Assembly (NCBI GenBank): GCA_905178155.1
Contig: CAJINV010000005.1
Span: 1,046,564 to 1,110,563, forward strand
Source: Amoebophrya sp. A120
Taxonomy: Eukaryota; Protista; Dinoflagellata
DNA length: 64,000 nucleotides
Direction of reading: 5' to 3'
The notes beneath the pieces are model-generated. The model had not been told where the DNA came from and did not search any database. It worked only from the letters and a program-made list of their open reading frames with translations. The position numbers and the translations under genes are program-made. Within the stretch, counting starts at the first letter, position 1. Each line of letters starts with the position of its first letter. This document shows positions 36,412 through 47,800 of this stretch, one piece after another.

Positions 36412-37257
36412 ATGCTCTCCGTGTCAGACACACTTCGTTCGGCGTTGGTTGTGTTTGCGCTACCGAGATCCCCGCGTTCTTGTTCTGCTTCGCAGCAGGA
36501 CCGGGGTTCCGTGAAGCCGCGCGTCAGACCGACCTGGAACGTGGAAAGAGTACGGGCGGCGACGATTTTCTGTGAAGAGAAGCGCGACGCTGGTTTTGGT
36601 GGTCTCTATCTTCGTAAAGAGGATGGAAAAAAATTTGGAAGCCACCAACTCCGATCCATAAATCCCACAGCGCAGGACGGAGTCTCATCAGCCTGCAGTT
36701 CCTCGACGGCAGCGGGTAATAAATTTTGCAGAACTAACGATAATGTGGCTAGTGCGGCTGCCGCAGACGGTGCTCCGGAGGACGGGCTCTGTTACGACCC
36801 GGACTTCCAGTCTGCCGACGATTTCATTCACAGCGGCCACGTTGTTGTTTTCCTGAAAGGCACGCTGGAAAAGCCGCAGTGTCACTTCAGTGCGCAATTC
36901 GTGAAAATTTTGAAGCAGGTCTCACCCGGTCTTTCGACGCAGCACAAGGGCACTAAAACGAACAAAAGTGATTCCGTAGCCGATGACTTTGAACTACTGC
37001 ACAGAGAAGGAGTTCCCACGACGGTATACAATATCCTCCTTCCTGACCTTCAGTGGCTTCGGTCGGAGTTGAAGACACGGGAGGACGGCTGGCCGACGTT
37101 TCCGGTCCTGTTTGTTGACGGGTTTTGTGTCGGTGGGCTGGACGTGGTAAAGGACTTGGCTCGTTCAAACAGGCTAGAGGCAATTTTGAAAGATTCGACC
37201 GCGTTGCAAATGTTTCTGGAAGAGAGAGAATTGAAAAAGGCTTTGGAGATCATGTAG
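36412..37257 (+). CDS. Monothiol glutaredoxin (Grx5/GrxD-like) with N-terminal extension and CHFS active-site variant
   Basis: VVVFLKGTLEKPQCHFS..VKIL, LRSELK..WPTFPVLFVDGFCVGGLDVV are signature motifs of CGFS-type glutaredoxins. Confidence 0.85.
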   Translation: MLSVSDTLRSALVVFALPRSPRSCSASQQDRGSVKPRVRPTWNVERVRAATIFCEEKRDAGFGGLYLRKEDGKKFGSHQLRSINPTAQDGVSSACSSSTAAGNKFCRTNDNVASAAAADGAPEDGLCYDPDFQSADDFIHSGHVVVFLKGTLEKPQCHFSAQFVKILKQVSPGLSTQHKGTKTNKSDSVADDFELLHREGVPTTVYNILLPDLQWLRSELKTREDGWPTFPVLFVDGFCVGGLDVVKDLARSNRLEAILKDSTALQMFLEERELKKALEIM

Positions 37258-38107
37258 TTGTGAAAAATGCGAGAGGAAAGAACTGAGTAGAAACTCGAGC
37301 TCGTCGTGGCAATGGAATAGGACTGATGTATGAGAATGAAGTTGTAGTGTGGAATCGAAAGACAGTGACAAGCTTTATCTTCGTTCTCGTGGTCGAATTA
37401 TCCACTCTCATCGTCGTGTTAGTACAGACAAAGAGTGTTCCTGTTCCAGAGCGCAAAAAGCCAGCTATTCGTCATTATTCACACTGTGAATTTACAGAGA
37501 CGCAGAAGTCTTGCAAAATCCCGTACTAGTTCGAGCTCGTAGAAAGCGTCTATTCAGTAACTTTTGCTTCTTTAACTTTAGCTTTTGCTTTGTCGTCGAC
37601 AGGTAGACCGAAGAAATCCGTAGAACTTGAAGGTTAAAAAGATCCGTTTCGTGGCACGGCAAACATAAGAGAAACAGAAGAAAAACCTCTTCACGTGGGT
37701 CGTCGTAATCCTGTTTCTGTTAGTCAACCTGGTCCTGTTTTCTCCTGCTTGCTTATAGAAGTCCATAGATTTTCATTTTTCAAAATTTGAATGTAGTACG
37801 TTTCCACTCTCACGAATAGCTTTGGCCACAACTTTTCGTCGACCTAGCTTTATTACAGGGAGCATTTTAAGGACGAAAGTACGTTAGCCTGCTCGACCAT
37901 TGTCCGTAAAAACGACTAATTGTTTAAGAATGAGAGCAAGTTACTAACGCTCTTCTAGGTCATGCTCGTCTAGCCCAAAGAAAACCAATCCGATTTTTTC
38001 CTTGATTTCCAAAAAAATAATAGCAAGAGGAAGTACGAAAAAGTACTCGCCGAGAGGGAGAGAGAAAAGGAAGTTTCAACGTATTCACAACGCACCAACA
38101 ATCCAAA

Positions 38108-40437
38108 ATGCCGAAGACTAAGGCTCAGGCGATGAAGGTCGTGGCCATGAAGAAGGCCGAGAAGCCGGCCCCGGCGAAGAAATCCTCCGGCAAGGGAAAG
38201 GGAAAGAAGGTACTTCGTGCTTTTACATTGTAAGGAAATGTGATGCAAGGCGCCCGCAATTTTTGGAGTTGTCATGCCTGTTCTGCATGTAGTCCTAGAC
38301 GCGAGACGATAATAAGTTTATGCCGTGATTTCTGGACACGAACCCGCCTGTGAAATTGTGGCTCAACAGGTTGTTTCCGTGGAGAAGAAGAAGAAGGAGG
38401 CGAAGGTCGCTGTGATCGACCCCTGGGTGGAAAAAATCACGAAAGTGGAGGAGGCGTTGCTGACCAAGTGCGAACTGCCCCCAAACGCGACGGATATTTT
38501 GGTGCGCTGCTGCACCCCGGCTTTTTCTGACAATGTCGAGGACCGCCATGAGTGCCAGACCGGTATTGAAATGTTCTTTGATCAGCAGTGTGATGTCGAC
38601 GTCGTGCATCAAAATTGCTTGCGTACAGGTACCTTCATCTTCAACATTCATCATATGTTTCATCAAAAAAATGTTCTTGACATCAAAACCACAACAGCCG
38701 CTACGGAGCAAATCGGAAAGGCTTTGGAGGAAATCGAGTCCCGGTTGAAGAGCGCTACTGCGGAATTCGAAAACATCACCGCCTCTGCGGACGATGTACT
38801 TACTTGATTTTTTTGAGAGTAGATAATGAATTTGCAGATTGATTTTGAGCGCACGAAAAACAAAAATGGATATGATGTTCTCCCTTCAGGTGCGCTCCGG
38901 GTTAGCTGCGGACCTCGAGAAGACCGAGGCTGACATCACGGCAAAGACCGAGGCGAAGGAGGCATTGGAAGGCGAGGAGGAGAAAGCTTCGGTCGCGTTT
39001 TCCGACGCGGAAAAAGCCGTTGCGGCCTGGAAGAAGGAGCTGAAGGGGTTCGAGAAGGAAAAGTCGGCCAAGACCGACGCCCTGGGGAAGGTGACGACTG
39101 GCAAGACGGACATCTTCGACAAGTTGGTGAGCGAGAAACCCGCCTCGGGTAAAGAGGGAAAGCGCGACATCGAGAAGCTGAAGGGGTTCTTGAAGCAGGC
39201 GGGAATTGTCGGAGCCTTCGAGACGTCCGTGGTGCAGGTCATCATCTCGCCGGAAGACGATGCGGAGTTCACCACCATGATGCTGACCCGTGCGGGCGAC
39301 TTCTTCACGAAGTTCACGACCACGACGGAAGAGGAAATTGCGAGTTTCGATGCCAAGATCTCGGAAGTCACCGAAAGCCTCGTCGGAGTACAGTTCTATG
39401 ACTTCTATATGGTTGAAAGCGTGCATCAAGATACACGTAGGTTTTTAATGTGTGCTAAGAATTTTGTCTTTTTCATCCGGGACGTGAATAATCACCAAAA
39501 AAATACGCAATTTCAGCTCGAGGAGACCGTCAGCTCCGCCAAAGCGGCCATGGACGAGGCCATGAAGAGTGTCGAGGATGCGACCGCGGCTATCGCGGAG
39601 TTGAAGAAGGCCAAGAAGACTTGCACGGTGAGAAAATGCTGTTGTCAACACAGACGAGCAATTTATATGTGATGTCTTTCGCACCCATGCCAAGATTAAA
39701 GACTTCTGCATTTTGATGTCATTATTTCCAATTCGAAAATCACTAATAACCTGCTGCAGGCCGCGTTGAAGACCCACGACACCAAGGTGGAGAATGCTGC
39801 TGAGGCGAAGAAGGAGGCTCTGGCCGCGGAGGAGGAGTTTGCCACCGTGTTGGGCGTGTTCGGCGAATTGAAGGCCCGCACGGCCGTGGTCGACACGGAC
39901 ACCATGGAGAGCGGTATCGAGGCGGAGGCCGTGGTGGACTCCAGTGCCACCGGTGCGGAGGATGTCGAGATGGAAGATGCTGGTGAGGAGGAGGCCGCCC
40001 CGGCCGAGGAAGAGGCCCCGATGGAGGAGGAGGAGGTACTTAGTACCATTGCGTAAAAATGAAAAAGGGCTCATGACCGCATTTCTATGGGTTTCACCGG
40101 CTGGATATGCATTTTTCCGATTTTGAATTTCAATAGCTCGTTAAGTACGCAATCCTCTTCAACTGCCTCGGGCCAACGTCAAAAAATAACGCAAAAACAG
40201 GCCGCTGAGGCTGCGCCAGCGGAGGTGGAGATGGAAGAGGCTCCGGTCGTTGAGGAACCCGCTGCCCCGGTCGTGGAGGAACCCGCGGCTGCCCCGGTCG
40301 TGGAGGAACCCGTGGTCCCGGAGGCCCCGGCCGCCCCGGCGGCGGTCCCGCAGTACGAGCAGCAGTACCAGGGCTACCAGCAGTACGACCAGGGTGCCTG
40401 GAACCAGCAGCAGTATGACAACCAGTACTGGCAGTAA
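38108..40437 (+). CDS. Coiled-coil protein with basic AMK-containing N-terminus and acidic, YQQ-rich C-terminus; 7 predicted exons
   Basis: Approximate GT-AG introns 38210-38369, 38563-38697, 38797-38889, 39388-39516, 39628-39759, 40036-40200 join the ORF blocks. N-terminus MPKTKAQAMKVVAMKKAEKPAPAKK. Confidence 0.75.
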
Positions 40438-41865
40438 GCGGTCGTGGATCGGAACTCCAGGTTTTCAAAAAAATCACTCGATTTTGCCGATGGCAATGGA
40501 AAAATAAATGTGAAGAAGTCACATGAAGAACAACAGCGATTCTAGAACACCGAAAAAAAAACACAACTGAATTAGACTAGCTAAGACAACGTACAACATC
40601 GACGTCGACGACAGGACAAATTCATGCTAGTTCTACGATTTTGACTTCCGAATTTCCACTTTCAAAAACCAACGATGCAAGCTGCAACAGCAACTTGAGC
40701 TTCCTCCTCAAACTAATATAAAACAATAGCACAGAAACAGATGAACAGGGATTTAAGAGAAAAAAATAAGCAACGAAAATGACGCTAATGAATTCCCTAG
40801 TACCAAAAACCTCCTCTCAACGGAAATTTCCTCAAGTAACTATCTTTGACTTTTCGCTGTAACTTTGAGCTACCCATTTAAGATTCCGATGTGCCTGATA
40901 CAAACATCAACTTTACTCAATTGCAAGCATCGTCGTCTTCGCGATTATGAGGCGGGTGTCGCAGGACTGATTTATGTGCAACAGGAAATACGATTACGAA
41001 AATTTTGTCAACACTGATTACACTATTGTACGAACCACCCGTTTACTAACTTCAACTTTAGGTTTACAAGAAACTCAACTTTAACTTCAATTGTAATACT
41101 GATACTTCACTCGTCACACTCCAGCACCGTCCCGGTAGCTGGTTTGAGCTCGATTCAACTGTTTCGGACTACTATTTGCTTAACAGACCGTTTTAGCGAT
41201 TTCAACTCAACAAAAAATTGTTTCGATTCAAAATTAATTTCTTGACGTCCAGTTTGTGCTCGCACAAAGAGGTGATGTCAATTGCACAGAATCAGAGATG
41301 GTTGGTCTTTTTAGAACCAAAATTTTATTCAAGTAAGATTACAGATCGTGTTTCCAAAAACTTTATCTCTAGTTAATGCAACGAAATCTTAATACTTTAG
41401 GAAGCAGAGGGGCTTAATAGATGCTTTCGAACCAAGCTAGACTTGACATTATGGACAGAATCTATGGTTGCGAAAAATCCACTTGTCCTTTTACGCTTCG
41501 GATCTCCCGACGGAGAGCAAAAATTTACCTCATCACATGTTCCAGCGGCGGTGTCGTTTTTCTTTTTGCTCGCTTGGTTTTTTTTGTCTTTTTCAGCAGC
41601 TGCACACTTTTTTTCGTCGAGGTCGGCGGTTCGGAGAGAAGTTGAGGGGGAGCCATCGTCTGAACGGAGTGCAGGTGCAGCACATGAGCGTCGTCCTTGG
41701 TTGCCGATCGCTCGACATTCAGAACTTTATACTACTGCGATCGATTTGATCGCCTTGCTTGTGCTTCTTGTGATCCACTTTTTCCTTTTCCACAAGCACT
41801 AGTTTCGCTTTCTGTTTTCGAAATGTAACATCCTGGTTGATGAAAGATCGTCCTACGCGACTACC

Positions 41866-44800
41866 ATGTCAGCCGGCGCGTCGAATGTGTCTTCGCTGTC
41901 CCGCAAGCAAGCCCAGTTTATCCTGGGGTTCCCCGCGGAAGACGACGTCACGGAAAACAGCGTCCAGAAAGCCTTCAAACGTCTCGCGTTAGTCTTCCAC
42001 CCGGACAAGAGCAAGGATGAGAACAGCAAGTCCAAATTCCAGCAAATCGTCGCCGCGCGCGACCTGCTCGTCGACTGGTGCCGCAGCAGCAAATCCGTTC
42101 TGCACCGGGTGGTTTACGAAGCGACGACCGGGAGGGCGGAGAAGAAACAAGCCGAGCAGCAGAGGACCGCTAGTGCCGCGACCGGGGCGCCGCAGAGTGC
42201 GAGACACGCGTACAGTGGAAATCCGAACGGGACGAACCCCCGCGCCCCCTGGACCGCGTTTTCCGATATCCACCCGCCGAACGGGAGTGCTTCTTCGCAG
42301 ATGCCCGGAGGAGCCGCAGGTCCAGCGTCGCAGAGCAAGTTCTCCACAAGACCGAGCCACCACCCGGACCGGCCGCGACCGGGGTCCGCGGTGCCGGCGG
42401 GCGGGACGTGGTCGGGTAGAAAGGAATTTTTTCCGGAGGGGACGAGGTTTTCGGAGTATTCCACAACCGCATCTAGCACAACCAGGGGGACGACGACGTG
42501 GTCTGAAGCGCCAGGGGCATCGGCAGCATCGGCTTCCTCCGCTACTGGTCATTCATCCTCAAGGTCCGAAAACCTCACGAAGCACAAAGTCTATTGGGAG
42601 TGCTCGGCGTGCAAGGTGAACGAGATGGCGGGACTATCCTACCGGGTGAAGAAGCACTGCATCGAAATTAACCACGCTCACATCTGCGCCTGCGGGTACC
42701 CGTTTTCGTCGCACCGATTGACAACGGGGCAGGATTCGAAGCGGTATAGTTCTTCTGTTAGCTAAAAGTTTGTCATGTAAATGCAATGTGTTGATAGCAT
42801 AGAGTCAGAGTGAGTGATGTGTCTTTCTAGAATGAAAGCCAACCTCAAAAGCTATACACCAAACACCAACCAGAACCAAACGTTACACCTGTGCGGACAG
42901 TGGCTGCGAAAACTTCGAATACGTCTTACCGAATTCCACCGACCTAACTCCATGTCCGACCTGCGGTCACGCGCAGGCGTGCCACTCCACCGTGATCGAG
43001 ACCAAAGAGGTCACCGTCGAGGAGGCGGGTGGAGGCAAAGCAACGTACAGTGCGGCGGGGACTACAGCATCGTCAAAAAGGACCAGTACAGCCAATTCGT
43101 CATCCAATGCAGCGACGCAGAGAATGAAAACGGCCTCTACCGGCCCTGGAGCGCCGGGAGAACAAGATGTGAAGAGGCCGCAGTCCGCAGCAGCTTCTTT
43201 CCTTAAGGAGCACTACGGCACGGCGAAAAAAACGGTTGGCGCGCCGAGGACTGCGGCAGACAAAGTCGTGGATGACTTTGAAGATTTGTTCGCCGCGCCG
43301 GAGGACAGTACGCTTCGGTCTGCCCGCACGCGGCAAGACCCCGAGACGTCGGAACTGTTTCAGAGCTTTCTGAAGGAAACGCTAGGGGAGTGGACCGAGC
43401 CGAACCGCGCGGCCGGCCGGGACCCGACGACGGGCGGGAAGGCCGCGGTGCCGCGGGTATGGAGACCAAAAACGGCGGGCGCGAGGCTGTACAAGGACCA
43501 AACGCCAAGGACGGGGAACAATAAAGAGTCGAATTCGTACCTATTTTGGATTTGATTTTCGGCAGAAAATGAAAAACGCGATAGAAGAGAGCTAATCATT
43601 TTTCTTGCTGTTCCTCCTGTAACCGTAGTATAGTTAAAGGTACTGGTACGTGCTTCCCAAACAAAACTGCACAGCCCCGCTGACTTCCCGGGTTACAACC
43701 GCTGGAGCAACGCGGAGCGCCCGGTTTCTGCCGCGGGTCCCCGGCCGGACCACCGCCCGCTCTCGGCGGTACCCCGACCCGCCAGCGCGGGGAGGATGCG
43801 GCCGGCGAGTGCGCGCAGCACACGGCCGATGAGGGCAAGACCGATGCAGCAGCAGCCAGGCGCCTCTTCAAATGATGCCAAATCGTCTAGTGCAGCGCCG
43901 AAGATCCCCGAGGAATCACCCGAAAAGAGTTCCGCGGAGCCACCTACTCCGACCGGCGGAGGTGAAAATACGAGTAACCCGCCAGACCCGACCCCGGATC
44001 TGGATATCATCGAGGATGACGATGTCACGAGTAGTGACGCCAGTCCGAAAAAATCCTATTCCAACACGACGGTCACTAAGGATTTCAACTTTAGCAACCG
44101 AAAGCGGGAACGGACGCCGTCTGCGACAACCTCGACATCGCAGCAACTACCGCAGACCGGGTTGAACTCGCGGGCGACGCCGTGGCTGAAGGCAGCGGAG
44201 GCTTTGAAAATGGACATCCAGCGGGAGTTGAAAATGCGGCCGAAGGTCATGACGGTGGACCAGTTCAACGACTTCAAAGCGGCGCGGGAAGCGGAAGAAG
44301 GCGGTACGAGTACGACTAGTGCTGGTGGTGGTGCCCCCTCAGCCTCTAAGGAGCAGTCTATTCCGTCGGTGCAGTCGTCTCCCCAAAGACCACAAGTGCC
44401 CATGTCGGCAAGGCAGCATACTTCGCCGGTGCGGAAGAACGCGGGTGGCAGTGGTATGCGATCTTCAAGAGCGTATTCTACTACGGAGGACTACACATCC
44501 GCGGAGCAGATTTCGCCACCGCAGCGGCGACACAGTTTCAGTTCTCTGCGGCCGATGTCTGCGCCGGCCAGTCGCGGGGTTGCCGCGCAAAGACGAATGA
44601 GCGATGGAGAAGTTGTTCTTGAGACTGCAGCACAGGACAGCCAGCCTGCAGACGGGAAAGCAACCGGTCTAAGCCGTGGGGGTGCTACTCCGTTAGACCG
44701 TTACATTGACGGACTCGAGATCAAGGCCGGGGCTGCAAACAAACACTCTAGGAGCAGACTGCGCAAGTTCGCATCGAAGAGCGGTGGAGCAGAACAGAAG

Positions 44801-47800
44801 GACGTCGGTAGAGCGAAGGCAGTGCCGTCCGCAAGCAATACGAAGCTTCAAGGCAGGACTACGACTCCTAGCGGGCAAGAGCAAGAACCAGCAGCCGAGC
44901 CACTTGGAAAAAAGGGAAAAGAAGAAGCGCAACCCACCCGGAACAACTCTCCACTTCTTCGGAACATCGACAGTGACCAGGATGATCTGCTCGATTACAA
45001 CGACGAAAGTGACGGTGAAGTCGACTACATTTTTACCGAGGAAGCGGCAGCGCCGGTGCCCTCTGCCTCACCGTTGAGAAACGCCCGCGAGATGGCAGAA
45101 CAGCAGCAGATTGGCGGATTTGCTAGTACGAAGAGTTCGGGTAGTTTTGCTGCAAGTTGTACAACCGCTGGTCGAGGCGGAGCCTCCGTGAACAAAGTCG
45201 CAGCACGCCAGCCGGACGATTCGCCGATATCGATCTTGGAAGATGAACAAGGGGGAGATCAAGATCAGGATCCGTTTGCGGAGGAGAAAACCTCCGCTGT
45301 TCTCATGGCGGATATTGCGTCGTCCTTCAACGAGCTGAAGGAACATTTGTCGAAAAGTTCTGTTTCATCTTCTTCAAAACAGTCACAAGAACGGTCGAAG
45401 TCGAAGGAAAGCGTCACGTACTCGCAGAATGATTTTCACGCACCCGAGTCTAGCGTGGGCAATGCGTCGGTGGTGCGGGACAGTGAAGAACCACCGCAGG
45501 AGCCTCCTGAGTCTTCCGACACCGACTCAGATGCGGATGTGATTTCGAGACAGAGAGGAATGAAGAAATCCGGCTCACGACTCGAAATGAGTCCGCCACC
45601 TTTCCCGTTCGCGCATGACGAGCCGTTTGAAGTAGGGGGCGAGAAAATAAAGCCAGTGAGCTTGCTCCCTGGCAACACAAGCACTTTTCCCGCTACTTTC
45701 ACATCGCACACAGCATCCAGTGGCTCGATTCATCCCGCTGGTACGATACCTGCAACCGGAACGAACACGGTAGAGACAACAGCCAACCGCTACAAGCAGG
45801 CGGACACGCCGCTTTTCGGCCGGAGCGTGCAGGAGCCAGACTCTGTCGAATTGAACAGTGTCGACTCTGATTCAGACGGGGAGGACGTCGAGCAGGAGCT
45901 TTTGCGAGCAGGAGAAGATGATGGTCGTGAAAACAGTGAAGATGAAGATGTAAAAGTACACGCAGATGAGCCGGACCCAGTTTTGTACTCGGAGGCGACG
46001 CTGATTGCGGGTCTAGAAGAAGAGTTGAAATCCGAAACCAGCATCACGGACCAGAAACACCACCAAAACGCGAATTTTCCCAGCACAAATTTACTTCACC
46101 GTGGGGCTTTCACCACCGGTGGGAGTACGAGCAGCAGTAGTGGTAGTAGTACAACTGCTGCTGCTGCTGTTGCTGGTGCTACCACCTCTTCCCAAACGCA
46201 GACCGCGCGGTCAGCCGCCGCGAAAGCGAGACCGCGACGACCCGCAAGTGCGGCGAGGAGAAACAGTACGCCGCGAGCGACAGGAAGTAGTGGCGCAACC
46301 AGGGACCACCGCCGACGATCAGGAAGACCGAATGCGAGTCCGACTGCAGGAGGAGCTGCTGCGCGTGGTACAACTAGGACAGGTGCAGGGACGAGCTCTG
46401 CTTCCAGTACAGTAGCGAGCAGTGGTACAAGTACTGCGACGACATCAAGGAACCACCCTGGTCGCAGTAGGGCCGCGCGGCCCGTCAGCTCGCGCGGGAC
46501 TAGATCTTCGACAGGAGAACAAGGAGGTTCGTCCTCCTCCACAGGAAAAGCCGGGACTCCGCGCGGGGCGTCCGGTGCTTCGAGCGCGAAGTTGAAGTTT
46601 CACTCGGACCAGCGAGTGGAACAACGGAAGGAATACAACACGGAAGCTGATGCGAAACGCGCGCAGCAAACGCCACGGGAGCAGGCCGGGCAGTGGGCCG
46701 CGCCGAAGGACGGGCCGACGGTGCACTGTGGGGGTTTGGGTCCGTGGGAGAACGGGCTCCGGAGCAGCAGCTCGCCGGTGCCAGCAGCGAAAGCGAAAGT
46801 TGAGGAGCCGAAGACCGAGGATGTAGCTGTTGATGGAAATGACGTTGATAATGGTATCGCGAAGAAGACCGCGAGTAAGGAACCTGCGGATCATGCACCA
46901 CAAGCAGGTGAAAGCGTAAAACCTCCTTTAACCCTGCCGCTCCCGAAAGAAGACAAGGGTCCCCCCAGTGGCCACGTTTTCGTGATGGACGATTCTCCTC
47001 CAGTTTACAGCGAAACTGCAAGCTACAAGACCGTAAAATCCGCAACCACAACAGCACCCCCAGCCCCTCCGCCGCGACCGACTTCCGCGATGAGCGGCAG
47101 CATGACGGCGAGACAGATAAATCCGCCAAGAGCCAAACCCTTTTACCACCTTTTCGGTGTTGGGAGCAACACCGCGCGACCGCAATCCGCGAGGCCTGGC
47201 GGATCTTCCACCAACGACGACGATGACGGCGACTTTATCACCGTGCCTTGGTGGCAACGGATGCACGGTAAGCAGACGCAGCAGCGCGCCGCGGCGCAGG
47301 CGGCGAATGCGGAAAAGATCAAGATCATGAAGGCATGGCAGAAGGAGAAGAAGCAGTTACTCGCGGAGACGGAAACGGCGTTGGTTTTTACCGATCCGTT
47401 CGCGCAGACGGTGTTCCGGGTGCGGAACAGTTTCAATCAGCAGGAAGCAGGCGTGATTGATGAAAGCTCGGAACCGGCGTCGTCGCCCGGGAAGCAGATG
47501 CCTGTGGTAGCAGATTCTGAGCGGAAGGAGGGCATGGAAAAGCAAAACACGCAAAGGATTCCACTTCAACAGCACCAAAGCCAACCAGGTGCACCGCGAC
47601 CGGGATCTGCGGCGGGATTTCACAGTTACAGCAGCAATTGGAACACAACCGCGACCTCTACCTCGCGTCCGAGTTCCGCGGCGGGCGTCCGAAGAGAGGC
47701 ACGTCCGTTTAACGAGGAGCTCAGTACCTCTCCCTCTGCGAAGCAGTGCAAGTTTGTGCCGCAGTCTGCGGCGAGACGCTTTGACGCCCCTCCATTTGGG

